Shown here: positions 1 to 9,517 of the stretch, one piece after another | Layout of the letters: each line of letters opens with the position of its first letter | Position numbering within the stretch: the stretch's first letter is position 1 | Source: an uncultured Gammaproteobacteria bacterium | GTDB lineage: Bacteria; Patescibacteriota; Patescibacteriia; UBA1558; UBA10009 | Direction: 5' to 3' | Assembly (NCBI GenBank): GCA_964588165.1 | Contig: CAZPMS010000002.1 | Span: 105,839 to 169,838 of the forward strand | Length of the DNA stretch: 64,000 bases | Program-made: the position numbers and the translations under genes | Notes under the pieces: generated by a model | What the model was told of the DNA's origin: nothing | The model's database searches: none | Seen by the model: the letters and a program-made list of their open reading frames with translations, nothing else

Positions 1-6
1 TATTTT

Positions 7-1428
7 ATGAAGCGAACAAAAATAGTGGCCACTATTGGCCCGGCTTGTGATAGTACAGCTAAACTTTCTCAAATGGCTAAATCAGGGATGAATTTGGCCC
101 GTTTTAATTTTTCCCATGGAACTTATGCCTCTAACAGGCAAGCTGTAAACCGGGTTAGGGTAGTTGCTAAAAAGCTAGGTAAGCCAATAGGTATTATCCA
201 GGATTTACAGGGACCCAGGATTAGGGTGGGAGAAATAAGTAAAGACGGTTTGGAGTTAAAAAAGAATGAGACGATTGTTTTAGTTGAAGATAGTAAAAAA
301 ATTAATTCCAAAAAAAAATCTATCCCAATTCAGTTTGTAAAACTATCTAAAGTTCTTAAAAAAGGCAGTAAGGTTTTAATGCTGGATGGTTTAATAGAAC
401 TAAAGGTGATTGAAGTAAATAAGGTTTCAGTAAAGGCCAAAGTTTTAAAGCCAGGCCATATATATAGTTATAAGGGAGTTAATATTCCAGGTATAGATTT
501 GGGATTGCCAGTGATAACTAATAAAGATATTGCAGATTTAAAATTTGGTTTAAAACTGGGAGTAGATTATATTGCCCTTTCTTTTGTAGGTACAGCTAAA
601 GACCTAAAAGATTTAAGAAAGTTAATAAGAAAGTTTGATAAAAAAAGCCAAGTTCAAATAATGGCTAAAATTGAAAGGGGAGTGGCCGTAAAGAATATTA
701 AGGCCATTATTAAAGAAGCAGATACTATTATGGTAGCCAGGGGAGATTTAGGAATAGAAATGCCGGCTGTTAAAGTTCCTATCATCCAAAAAGAAATGGT
801 TAAGATGTGCTTGGAAGAAGGCAAGCCGGTTATTGTAGCCACTCAAATGTTAGATTCCATGATCAGAAATTCTAAACCTACCAGGGCTGAAGTTTCTGAT
901 GTGGCCAATGCCGTTATAGACCATGCAGATGCCGTTATGCTTTCCGGAGAAACAGCTTATGGCAAGTATCCTGTAGAATCTGTTAAGATGATGAGCCAGA
1001 TTATCCAAGAAACAGAAGCCTCAATTTATGATGATATGCAGCCCGGCTATTTTTCTGAAAAAAACCTTTCGGTTACTAAGGCAATTTCTGAATCAGTTTT
1101 TGAACTGGTTAAAGATACTAAGGCCAAAGCCATTGTGGCAGCTACTGATTCCGGTTATACCGCTAAGATGATTTCCAGATACCGGCCAGAAACCAGAATT
1201 ATAGTTTTAGTTAATCAACTGGAAATTTGTCGTCAATTAACGTTGGTTTGGGGAATTTATCCAGAAATGATGCCAGTTTGTAAAAGTATGGATGAACTAA
1301 TTGATAAATCAGTTAAGATAGTAAAAAGCCAGAAGTTGGTTAAAAAAGGCGACCAGATAGTGATTGTTACTGGACAGCCAGTGGGCAAGTCAAAAAATAT
1401 GAATTTAGTAAAAGTTCAGACAATTTAA
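7..1428 (+). CDS. pyk: Pyruvate kinase
   Basis: KRTKIVATIGPA, RFNFSHG, MVARGDLG, ATQMLDSM, VMLSGETA motifs. Confidence 0.98.
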   Translation: MKRTKIVATIGPACDSTAKLSQMAKSGMNLARFNFSHGTYASNRQAVNRVRVVAKKLGKPIGIIQDLQGPRIRVGEISKDGLELKKNETIVLVEDSKKINSKKKSIPIQFVKLSKVLKKGSKVLMLDGLIELKVIEVNKVSVKAKVLKPGHIYSYKGVNIPGIDLGLPVITNKDIADLKFGLKLGVDYIALSFVGTAKDLKDLRKLIRKFDKKSQVQIMAKIERGVAVKNIKAIIKEADTIMVARGDLGIEMPAVKVPIIQKEMVKMCLEEGKPVIVATQMLDSMIRNSKPTRAEVSDVANAVIDHADAVMLSGETAYGKYPVESVKMMSQIIQETEASIYDDMQPGYFSEKNLSVTKAISESVFELVKDTKAKAIVAATDSGYTAKMISRYRPETRIIVLVNQLEICRQLTLVWGIYPEMMPVCKSMDELIDKSVKIVKSQKLVKKGDQIVIVTGQPVGKSKNMNLVKVQTI

Positions 1429-1520
1429 TAGATATTTGTTTTTATTAATAAAGGTTGACAAAATGTCAATTTTTATTTATACTCCAGAAAGTCTTTAAAA
1501 AAGAATAGATATTTAGACGT

Positions 1521-1596
1521 CGCGGGGTAGAGCAGTTGGCAGCTCGGCAGGCCCATAACCTGCAGGTCGCCGGTTCGAGTCCGGCCCCCGCAACCA
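1521..1596 (+). tRNA. tRNA-fMet (CAT), initiator
   Basis: CGCGGGG...CCCCGCA-ACCA with C1:A72 mismatch, GGTTCGAGTCC T-arm, CAT anticodon. Confidence 0.93.
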
Positions 1597-1625
1597 AACC
1601 TTTTAATACTTTATATATCTCATAT

Positions 1626-1700
1626 GGCGGCGTAGCTCAGTGGTAGAGCAGCAGACTCATAAGCTGTTGGTCGGTGGTTCAAATCCACCCGCCGCTACCA
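1626..1700 (+). tRNA. tRNA-Met (CAT), probably elongator
   Basis: GGCGGCG/CGCCGCT acceptor stem, CTCATAA loop, GGTTCAAATCC, CCA end. Confidence 0.9.
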
Positions 1701-1701
1701 T

Positions 1702-1787
1702 GCCGGAGTGGCGGAATTGGTAGACGCGCACGACTCAAAATCGTGTGGGCTATGCTCATGAGAGTTCGAGTCTCTCCTCCGGCACCA
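1702..1787 (+). tRNA. tRNA-Leu (CAA)
   Basis: GCCGGAG/CTCCGGC acceptor, CTCAAAA loop, long variable arm, CCA end. Confidence 0.95.
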
Positions 1788-1874
1788 TAATGCCTAAGTT
1801 AAAACAAAAGATCTGCTAATGAGGCAGTTTTTTTGTTGAAAAAAAAGTAATTATTAAGTATACTTATCAAGTCT

Positions 1875-2648
1875 ATGGGCAGAATTATTTCAATAATTAA
1901 TCAAAAAGGTGGAGTTGGTAAAACCACCACCGCTGTGAATTTAGCCGCCTACCTTTCTGCTTATGGACAGAAGGTTTTATTGGTTGATGTAGATCCTCAA
2001 GGCAATGCTTCGTCCGGTTTGGGTATAGATTACCGTAATTTGGAAAAAGGCATATACGATGTAATGGTGGTTGATAGGGTTACCATGGAAGAAGTTTTAC
2101 ATGATACTAACCATGATAATTTACATATAGCACCCGCTAATCTAAATTTGGCCGGAGCTAATGTGGAGCTTGTTAATTTAAATCGTCGGGAATTTAGGCT
2201 AGCTGATAATTTACGCAGAGTAGTAGAAGATTACGATTTTATTTTAATTGATAATCCGCCTTCTTTAGGCCTATTAACTTTAAACGGTATAGTAGCGGCT
2301 GATGAGTTATTAATTCCTGTCCAGTGTGAATATTACGCTTTAGAAGGTTTAGGCCAGTTATTGCATACCATTAATCTTATTCAAAATAATTTAAAACCAG
2401 ATTTACATATTTTGGGAGCTGTTTTAACAATGTATGATGGACGCAATAAGCTTTCCGAGGCTGTTTTTAACGAACTGTACCAGTATTTTCCGAGAAGAAT
2501 TTTTAGGTCAGTAATTCCACGGAGCATCCGTTTGGCAGAAGCGCCTTCTTACGGCCAGACTATTATGGAATTTGATCCGCATTCCAAAGGCGCTAGGGCA
2601 TACAACAAGCTGGCTCAAGAATTAATTTTTTCAAAAATAAACAATTAA
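1875..2648 (+). CDS. parA: Chromosome partitioning ATPase ParA/Soj
   Basis: NQKGGVGKTTT deviant Walker A, DPQGN, LAEAPSYG. Confidence 0.97.
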   Translation: MGRIISIINQKGGVGKTTTAVNLAAYLSAYGQKVLLVDVDPQGNASSGLGIDYRNLEKGIYDVMVVDRVTMEEVLHDTNHDNLHIAPANLNLAGANVELVNLNRREFRLADNLRRVVEDYDFILIDNPPSLGLLTLNGIVAADELLIPVQCEYYALEGLGQLLHTINLIQNNLKPDLHILGAVLTMYDGRNKLSEAVFNELYQYFPRRIFRSVIPRSIRLAEAPSYGQTIMEFDPHSKGARAYNKLAQELIFSKINN

Positions 2649-2659
2649 TCATAAATTAT

Positions 2660-3544
2660 ATGGCTAAAAGTGGTTTAGGCAGGGGACTTAATTCTCTTAT
2701 CCCAAACAGAATAAATAATGAAATAGATGAAGCAGAAAAAGTTAAAGAAGTTTTTGATGACAGTTCAGAAAAAGTTAGGCAATTGGAAATAGATAGGATT
2801 GCAGTAAATCCTTGGCAACCGAGGGAGCATTTTGACCATAGCCAGTTGGAAGATTTGGTAAATTCCATAAAACAACATGGCATTTTACAGCCATTAATTG
2901 TTAGCCCGGCAGAAGGCGGCAATTTTCAATTAATTGCAGGTGAAAGAAGGCTAAAGGCAGCCAGCATTTTGGAATTAAAAACAGTTCCTTGTTTAGTTAG
3001 GGATACCGAAAAATTGGAAAAATTAGAGTTAGCTTTAATAGAGAACATCCAAAGGGCTAATTTAAATCCTATAGAAGAAGCAAAAGCTTATCAGAAATTG
3101 ATAGATGAATTTGATCTAACACAGGAGGAAGTAGGTTCCAGAGTAGGCAAAAAAAGGGCCACTGTTTCTAATGCCCTACGGCTATTGGATTTGTCTGAAG
3201 AAATTCAGCAGGCTTTAAAAGAAAATAAGATTACTACCGGCCATGCCAAGGTAATTTTGTCGGCCGAAGCAGAAGAAGTAAGGCAGAAATTATTTAAAAA
3301 GATTTTAAAATTTAACTTAACAGTTAGAGAAACAGAAGGCGAAGTTAAATCCGCCAAAGGCGGACCCGCCTCTGGCGGGAAGGGGCATGAGAAGGATATA
3401 GAAATCAAGGAAAAAGAAGATATTTTAAGAAAAGCCTTGGGTACCAAAGTTACCATAAATAAAAAAGGCGAAGCGGGCAGCATCACCATTGATTTTTATT
3501 CCCAAGAGGAATTAAACGGAATTATAGATAAAATTAAGGAATAA
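2660..3544 (+). CDS. parB: ParB/Spo0J partitioning protein
   Basis: GLGRGL N-terminus, QPR, IAGERR, ENIQR, HTH. Confidence 0.97.
   Translation: MAKSGLGRGLNSLIPNRINNEIDEAEKVKEVFDDSSEKVRQLEIDRIAVNPWQPREHFDHSQLEDLVNSIKQHGILQPLIVSPAEGGNFQLIAGERRLKAASILELKTVPCLVRDTEKLEKLELALIENIQRANLNPIEEAKAYQKLIDEFDLTQEEVGSRVGKKRATVSNALRLLDLSEEIQQALKENKITTGHAKVILSAEAEEVRQKLFKKILKFNLTVRETEGEVKSAKGGPASGGKGHEKDIEIKEKEDILRKALGTKVTINKKGEAGSITIDFYSQEELNGIIDKIKE
3350..3379. repeat. Tandem GC-rich mini-hairpins inserted in frame in parB (SAKGGPASGG)
   Basis: TCCGCC-AAA-GGCGGA followed by CCCGCC-TCT-GGCGGG, 30 nt. Confidence 0.8.
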
Positions 3545-3545
3545 T

Positions 3546-5030
3546 TTATTTTTTTAAGATTTTTCCCAGTCGCCCGGCTTGTTTTTTTCTCATGGCGATT
3601 TTTATTTTATCTTTTGCCAAATTGGTTTTTATAAAACTAAGCCAGTCCTCATTAGGCACCTGGCGATTTTTATTTATTAAAATATCAATCACATCACCAC
3701 TTTTAAGTTTGGTATCCAGTTGGACCATCTGGTCGTTAACGATAGCTCCAGAACATTTATCACCGATATCCGTGTGAATATGGTAGGCAAAATCAATCGG
3801 AGTTGCGTTTTCGGGCAGGTCTATAACATCGCCTTTGGGGGTAAAAACAAAAATGCGATTTTGGAAAAAATCCACTTTTATTTCCGAAAGGTAGGTTTTG
3901 TTATCAGCTATTTTTTTCTGGACCTCAATTAAGTTTTTTAGCCAGTTAGTTTTTTCCTTAGTTAGTTTTTTACCTTTAAGCTCTTTAAAATGCCAATGGG
4001 CGGCAATACCATATTCAGCCAATTCGTGCATTTCTTCATCCCTAATTTGGAATTCAACTATTTTTCCCCTTTCGGCAAAAACTGTGGTATGGATTGATTG
4101 GTAGCCATTGGGCTTGGGCTGGGCAATGTAATCTTTAATCCTGCCTTTTAGCGGAGTCCATTTTTTATGAATCAAGCCCAGAATTCTATAACAGTCGGCA
4201 ACATTTTTGGTTATTACCCTAATAGCGATTAGATCATAGATTTTATTTATGTCCTCGCCTTTTTCCAGAAGTTTTCTATAAAGGGAAAAAATGTGTTTAA
4301 TTCTGCCATGTATAGAAAAAATTTCTATATTATTTTCTATCAATTCTTTTTGAACAGCTTTTTTAACTTTTTCAATATATCTTTTTTCCACTTTTAACCT
4401 GGTTTCAACCAAACTTTTAACCCAATTGTATTCTTTAGGGTAAACATACGGAAAAGCTATATCTTCTAACAGCCCTTTCATTTCTCCCATGCCTAAGCGG
4501 TTGGCGATAGGCGCATATATTTCCAAGGTTTCCTGGGCGATCCTTTTTCTTTTATCTGGCCGGACAGCTTTTAGGGTATTAAGGTTATGGAGCCTATCAG
4601 CCAGTTTAATTAAAATGATCCGAATATCTTTAGCAATGGCCAGGAACATTTTTCTTAAGTTTTCAGCATATCTTTCCAGGCCACGGTATTTAAGGGTACC
4701 TAATTTGGTAATTCCTTCCACCAGTTGGAAAACTTCCTTACCAAATTTAGTTTTAATATCTTCCAGTGAATAATTAGTATCTTCGGGTACATCATGAAGC
4801 AGGCCAGCTATTATAGTTGGCAGGTCCAGTTTCATGGCCACTAAATTTTTAGCTGTAGCTAAAGAGTGTTGAATATAATCTTCTCCCGAAAGACGTTTTT
4901 GTCCTGCATGGGCCATAGCTGCAAATTCGTAGGCCTGTTTTATTAGTCTAGTGTTTACTTCGGGGTTATATTCTTTAATTCCTTTGATAATTTCATCAAT
5001 GGTAATGTTATTATTGGGAATTATAATCAT
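3546..5030 (-). CDS. relA: RelA/SpoT family (p)ppGpp synthetase/hydrolase (HD, synthetase, TGS; no ACT domain)
   Basis: HAGQKRLSGEDYIQH, LLHDVPED, KLADRLHN, PKPNGYQSIHT, FVFTPKG. Confidence 0.95.
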   Translation of the reverse strand: MIIIPNNNITIDEIIKGIKEYNPEVNTRLIKQAYEFAAMAHAGQKRLSGEDYIQHSLATAKNLVAMKLDLPTIIAGLLHDVPEDTNYSLEDIKTKFGKEVFQLVEGITKLGTLKYRGLERYAENLRKMFLAIAKDIRIILIKLADRLHNLNTLKAVRPDKRKRIAQETLEIYAPIANRLGMGEMKGLLEDIAFPYVYPKEYNWVKSLVETRLKVEKRYIEKVKKAVQKELIENNIEIFSIHGRIKHIFSLYRKLLEKGEDINKIYDLIAIRVITKNVADCYRILGLIHKKWTPLKGRIKDYIAQPKPNGYQSIHTTVFAERGKIVEFQIRDEEMHELAEYGIAAHWHFKELKGKKLTKEKTNWLKNLIEVQKKIADNKTYLSEIKVDFFQNRIFVFTPKGDVIDLPENATPIDFAYHIHTDIGDKCSGAIVNDQMVQLDTKLKSGDVIDILINKNRQVPNEDWLSFIKTNLAKDKIKIAMRKKQAGRLGKILKK

Positions 5031-5053
5031 ATTTTTATTATAACACCTTATCT

Positions 5054-5160
5054 GCCCCGCACCAAAAAAGTGATTTTTTAGTTGGAATTTAGATAATTAA
5101 GTAATCTTACAGTTAGTTATTGAAAAAATCAAATATAGAATTTAAACCGTGGTGCGGGGC
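5054..5160. mobile_element. MITE-like element of about 107 bp
   Basis: 11-bp terminal inverted repeats GCCCCGCACCA / TGGTGCGGGGC around an AT-rich non-coding core. Confidence 0.6.
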
Positions 5161-5223
5161 CTACTAAAAAATCACCTAGTCAATAATTAGGTGATAGCTA
5201 GTAGCGAGCAGCTTATAGGAGGA

Positions 5224-6492
5224 TTAGAAGCTGGTCCTGCTTCGTAAAATTTGCTCTTCGGGTATCCAATTGGTTCTAAGTTCTCCGGCCAGGAAAAAAG
5301 AGCCGGTAATTAGGATTAAATCATCTTTTTTTTGGATTTTACGGGCATAGGCCAGCGCATTTTTAGGATCTAAGAAAACTGTTGATTTTTTAGAATTTTT
5401 TTTCAAAAAACCATCCATATTTTTAAGATCAGCCGTTTTTCTTAGAGGTTTAGAGAATCTGGTTAGGATAATTTCATCCACTTTAGGCAGAAGGACCTTT
5501 AGAATTTTTTTATAATCTTTGGTGTAAGAGATCGCAAAAATCAAAATCAGCTTTTTGTATTTAATATTATTTAAATTGTTTATAAGTTTAGCAATTTTGG
5601 CTGGATTATGTGAACCATCTAAAATTATTTTTGGATTTTTTTGAATAAGTTCAAAACGGCAGGGTAGTTTTGTATTTTTTATAACCTCATTTATTATTTT
5701 GTTTTCAATTTTTAAAATTTTGCCAACTGTCCGAATCACAAAGTTATTATCATGCTTTTCGTTTTTATAAAGCTGGCAATATTTTGCTCCAATTTTTTTA
5801 CATCTTTGTTTTAAAATTTCAATTATAGCCGGCCTGGCTTCACCGGTTATAAATGTGGAACTTTTTTTAATTATTCCAGCCTTGTCATTGGCAATTTCAG
5901 TTAAAGTTTTTCCTAAAATTTCTTGATGATCTAAATTAACATTTGTGATGATAGCTATTAAAGGTTTTTCTATAACATTGGTGGCATCTTCTTGGCCGCC
6001 TAGGCCAGCTTCTAAAACCACATACTCACATTTTTTTTGCTTATAATACAAAAAAGCTATACTAAGGAAAATTTCAAAATAAGAAGGCGTACCATAAGGG
6101 CTTTTGGTTTGGCATTTATCCAGAGCCGGTTTAATTTGATTAATTAGTTTAGCAAAATCATTTGGGGAAATATATAAATTACCCACTTTAATTCTTTCAA
6201 TAGGAGTTGTTGGATGAGGTGAATAAAATGAACCGACTTTTTTGCCGCTTTTTTGTAAAATTTCATGAATCATGGTTACGGTGGAACCTTTGCCAGCAGT
6301 ACCGGCTACATGGATATATTTAAAGCCTTTATGCGGATTACCTAAAAGCTTTAAAAGGTACTTTAACCTTTTAGTAAAAAAGCTACGGTCGTATTTACTA
6401 TTTTTTTTGTCCAGTTCATAATTTTTGCTGGGGATATTAAAAATAGAGTCTAAAAACTTAACCGCATTGTAGTATTCACCGAATTGTTTCAT
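5224..6492 (-). CDS. folC: Folylpolyglutamate synthase/dihydrofolate synthase (Mur ligase family)
   Basis: IHVAGTAGKGST, LEAGLGG.DATN, KAGIIK, DGSHNP, GSFFLAG. Confidence 0.93.
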   Translation of the reverse strand: MKQFGEYYNAVKFLDSIFNIPSKNYELDKKNSKYDRSFFTKRLKYLLKLLGNPHKGFKYIHVAGTAGKGSTVTMIHEILQKSGKKVGSFYSPHPTTPIERIKVGNLYISPNDFAKLINQIKPALDKCQTKSPYGTPSYFEIFLSIAFLYYKQKKCEYVVLEAGLGGQEDATNVIEKPLIAIITNVNLDHQEILGKTLTEIANDKAGIIKKSSTFITGEARPAIIEILKQRCKKIGAKYCQLYKNEKHDNNFVIRTVGKILKIENKIINEVIKNTKLPCRFELIQKNPKIILDGSHNPAKIAKLINNLNNIKYKKLILIFAISYTKDYKKILKVLLPKVDEIILTRFSKPLRKTADLKNMDGFLKKNSKKSTVFLDPKNALAYARKIQKKDDLILITGSFFLAGELRTNWIPEEQILRSRTSF

Positions 6493-6496
6493 ATTT

Positions 6497-7141
6497 TTAT
6501 TTAGTTTTTTGAGATTTTTTTAGCCAATTAACTCCTAAGTAAACAAAGGGCGTATCAATTAAAGCAAAGGCTATCTTAAAAAGAAAGTAAGGGATTATTA
6601 AGTTCCACATAAAAGCAAAGTCAAACTTGGGAGCGACCTTATAAAAGGCAATAAACATAAAAATCACTGTATCAATAAATTGGCTGATAAATGTGGAAGC
6701 ATTGTTTCTTAACCATAAAAATTTCCCCTTGGTTTTCTTTTTCCAAAGATGGAATGACCAAACATCATGGACTTGAGCCAAAAGGAAAGCTATTAAAGAA
6801 GCAACAGTAATCCTTAAAGAGCCTTGGAAAATAGTTACATAGCTTTCATTGAAGGGATATCTGGCATTTGGCGGAAGAATGATGGAAATGTAAGTTATTA
6901 AAACCAGTAAAGCTAAAGCAACTAAACCAGCAAAAATAAGGCTGTAGCTTTTTTTCTTGCCATAAACCTCGGCAATAATATCGGTTACTAAAAAAGTTAG
7001 CGGATAGGTAAAAATAGCCACCGAAACAGCCACACCAAAAATAGTGGTTATTTTACCGCCCAAAAGACTAGCTGCAATTAGGCCGGTAAAAAAAATAGCC
7101 ACTAAAATATCTGTTTTATTTTCCAAGGTCAGCTTTTTCAT
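6497..7141 (-). CDS. yhhQ: Queuosine precursor transporter (VUT family)
   Basis: YPLTFLVTDIIAEVYG, WLRNNASTFISQFIDT motifs; multiple TM helices. Confidence 0.9.
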   Translation of the reverse strand: MKKLTLENKTDILVAIFFTGLIAASLLGGKITTIFGVAVSVAIFTYPLTFLVTDIIAEVYGKKKSYSLIFAGLVALALLVLITYISIILPPNARYPFNESYVTIFQGSLRITVASLIAFLLAQVHDVWSFHLWKKKTKGKFLWLRNNASTFISQFIDTVIFMFIAFYKVAPKFDFAFMWNLIIPYFLFKIAFALIDTPFVYLGVNWLKKSQKTK

Positions 7142-7203
7142 ACGCTTAATTATAAGTTATTCAGGGCTTATTTTCAAGATAGAATTATCCAAATGTCAAG
7201 ATA

Positions 7204-8295
7204 TTATAACTTAATATAATTTTGATTACCGATATTTTTTATTAAACCTGCCAATTCCATTTCTATCAGGGCAGAATTTATTATTGGAGTATCCAGATTA
7301 CTATTTTCTATAATTTTGTCAATGTGGATAGGAGTGGCAGAAAGCAGTTTATAAATAATTTGTTCATATCTGGTTAAAGAAGAAATATCAACAACTGGTT
7401 TTTTTGGCAACCCATCATCAATAAAGATATTTAAGGCATCCAAAATATCAGCCGGTTTAATTACAACCTTAGCTCCTTTGCTAATTAAGGCATTGGTTCC
7501 TATAGAAGTTGGTGAATTTATATTTTGAGGCACAGCTAAAACCTCTCGGTTTTGTTCTAAAGCGTAAGAGGCGGTTATTAAAGCGCCGGATTTTTGGGCA
7601 GCCTCTACTATTAAGGCGGCTTGCGATAGGCCGGCAATAATCCGGTTGCGCCTGGGGAAGTTGGACGGCAAGGCAGGAAATGGAGGCGGGAATTCCGAAG
7701 TAAGCAAGCCGCCTGATGAAATAATTTTTTCAGCCAGCCTCCGGTTAGATTGAGGATAAAGGTTTTTATCTGCTAGGCCGGCTCCGGTTACGGCAATTGT
7801 TTTACCGCCATGATCTAAAGCTAACTGATGCGATAATTGGTCTACTCCGTAAGCCAAGCCGGATATAATAGTTACTTCTTTTCTGATAACCTCTTCTAAA
7901 AGTTGTGGCATTACTGTTTTTGCATAAGCAGAAATTTTTCGGGAACCTATTACAGCCAAAGGGTAGTTGGTATTAAAGGCATTAACATTTCCCCGATAGA
8001 ATAAAACTAAAGGAGGCGCATAAGTTTCCTTTAGGAGTTTTGGATAATTTTTTTCAGAAATAGAGACAGTTTTAATGTTTTGTCGGATTAAATCATCAAT
8101 AATTTTATCAGGATTAATTTTTTGTCTGCCACTGATTAAATTAGTAATTATTTTTTGAGGTAGATTAATTGATTTAAGATCAGCTACCGAGGCCTGCCAA
8201 ATTGTTTGGGCACAAGTAAAATGATTAAGCAGCCTTTTTAAAGTTACCGGTCCTATCTCTTTAAGGTAGGTAAGGGCAATAAGGTATTTATCCAT
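7204..8295 (-). CDS. dprA: DNA-processing protein DprA
   Basis: SGLAYGVD, FPRRNRIIAGLS, VEAAQKSGALITA, C-terminal winged helix. Confidence 0.97.
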   Translation of the reverse strand: MDKYLIALTYLKEIGPVTLKRLLNHFTCAQTIWQASVADLKSINLPQKIITNLISGRQKINPDKIIDDLIRQNIKTVSISEKNYPKLLKETYAPPLVLFYRGNVNAFNTNYPLAVIGSRKISAYAKTVMPQLLEEVIRKEVTIISGLAYGVDQLSHQLALDHGGKTIAVTGAGLADKNLYPQSNRRLAEKIISSGGLLTSEFPPPFPALPSNFPRRNRIIAGLSQAALIVEAAQKSGALITASYALEQNREVLAVPQNINSPTSIGTNALISKGAKVVIKPADILDALNIFIDDGLPKKPVVDISSLTRYEQIIYKLLSATPIHIDKIIENSNLDTPIINSALIEMELAGLIKNIGNQNYIKL

Positions 8296-8305
8296 AGTGT
8301 TTGTG

Positions 8306-8361
8306 AAGCCTTGCCTGCAGCGACGTGCAATTGCACGTCGTTACAAAAGCAGGCAAGGCTT
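8306..8361. repeat. Nested palindromic REP-like repeat, copy 1
   Basis: AAGCCTTGCCTGC...CGACGTGCAATTGCACGTCG...GCAGGCAAGGCTT; near-identical copy at 13015-13070. Confidence 0.85.
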
Positions 8362-8418
8362 TTAAAATAATAAAAAACAGCATCAATAATTAAAATGACC
8401 CCGTTTTTTTACTTCTTA

Positions 8419-8469
8419 ACCCAGTCACTCGCGCCATGTCTCGCCGGCAGGCAGGAGCAGCGGGGTTGA
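8419..8469. repeat. GC-rich repeat ending in a -35 box, copy 1
   Basis: Near-identical to 50155-50205. Confidence 0.85.
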
Positions 8470-8585
8470 CAAATTGTATAAAATAGTGTATCATACTAGA
8501 TAAATTAAGTAAAATAGCACCTTTCATTGTAACCTCAAAAGATTACTACATTGAGCTAAGCTCAACACAGTAAGAGGAGGAACAG

Positions 8586-8750
8586 ATGCCAAAGTGTTTA
8601 GATTGCGACACGGGCCACCTTGATGAACAAGGTGATTGCAATAACCTGCAGTGTCTCAGCCATTCAAACCCTTTGCAGGCTTCGGTTAGGCCGCCCAATG
8701 CTAAGACGATTAAGCCCGGGCCCGAAGTCAAACCACAATACGTTAGTTGA
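8586..8750 (+). CDS. Small Cys-rich protein, 54 aa (MPKCLDCDTGHLDEQGDCNNLQC...), putative Zn ribbon
   Basis: Below the ORF-track cutoff; GAGGAGG SD, TTGACA promoter at 8467, terminator at 8780-8808. Confidence 0.7.
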   Translation: MPKCLDCDTGHLDEQGDCNNLQCLSHSNPLQASVRPPNAKTIKPGPEVKPQYVS

Positions 8751-8910
8751 GATTTACTGATTTATTTTCCATATAACCCAAGGAATGCCTTAAAAAGCAT
8801 TCCTTTTTCTTTTACTTTACAATTTATACTAAAGTGTTATGTTTTAAGAAGTAGCACCCTTTGTTAACTGCAAAATTCGCTAAGCTTAGCTAAGCGAAAA
8901 GGAGGTAAGA

Positions 8911-9096
8911 ATGGCTGAAAACAAAAAACAAACCAGCTTACCTTTTCCTAGTCCAGATGATTTATCCCAGCCGCCAGAATTTAAGAATTTAGGCTGGGCT
9001 AAGTGTGGGTCATGCGGGGTGTGCTTACCACCCGAGGATACTAAAACTGAAACATGTCCAGTTTGTAGCGATCCAATTTGGCCAGATAACCAATAA
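8911..9096 (+). CDS. Small Zn-ribbon protein, 61 aa (CGSC...CPVC)
   Basis: AAGGAGGT SD, two CxxC motifs, terminator at 9106-9133. Confidence 0.75.
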   Translation: MAENKKQTSLPFPSPDDLSQPPEFKNLGWAKCGSCGVCLPPEDTKTETCPVCSDPIWPDNQ

Positions 9097-9256
9097 GACA
9101 TTTTTACCCTGTTATTTTTTAGCAGGGTTTTTTATATACTAAATGTCAATTATTTTAAAACAGCAATTTTAGCTAACTTTAGAAAACTATATGGTTATCA
9201 AATTAATTGTAAAGTTGGCCCTTGACACTTTTTTTATATTTTGCTAAGGTGAGCTA

Positions 9257-9468
9257 TTATTTAGAAAATATAAGAATTTTGTTTATGTTCAGGTGTCTGC
9301 TCGCCAGCGGCGAAGGCCTGGTCTCCCTCCTAGCTTGGCCGCTAGCCACTAAGTTAAGTTATCTGCCCTTGTGGCAGAAAGCTTACGCTGGTGAGTAGTA
9401 GTTTGGGCAGAAAGCTCAAATGTTCTTATAAAATAAAACCCTATTGTGTTTTTCACGATAGGGTTTTA
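9257..9468 (+). ncRNA. Candidate structured ncRNA or cis-regulatory leader (unknown family)
   Basis: Promoter TTGACA(9222)-17-TAAGGT; 13-bp stem 9297-9309/9386-9398 with G-U pairs; inner hairpins; terminator at 9435-9468; no ORF. Confidence 0.6.
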
Positions 9469-9517
9469 AAATGGTGGATATAAAGATCATTACATAAACA
9501 AGAAGGAGGGCATTGTT

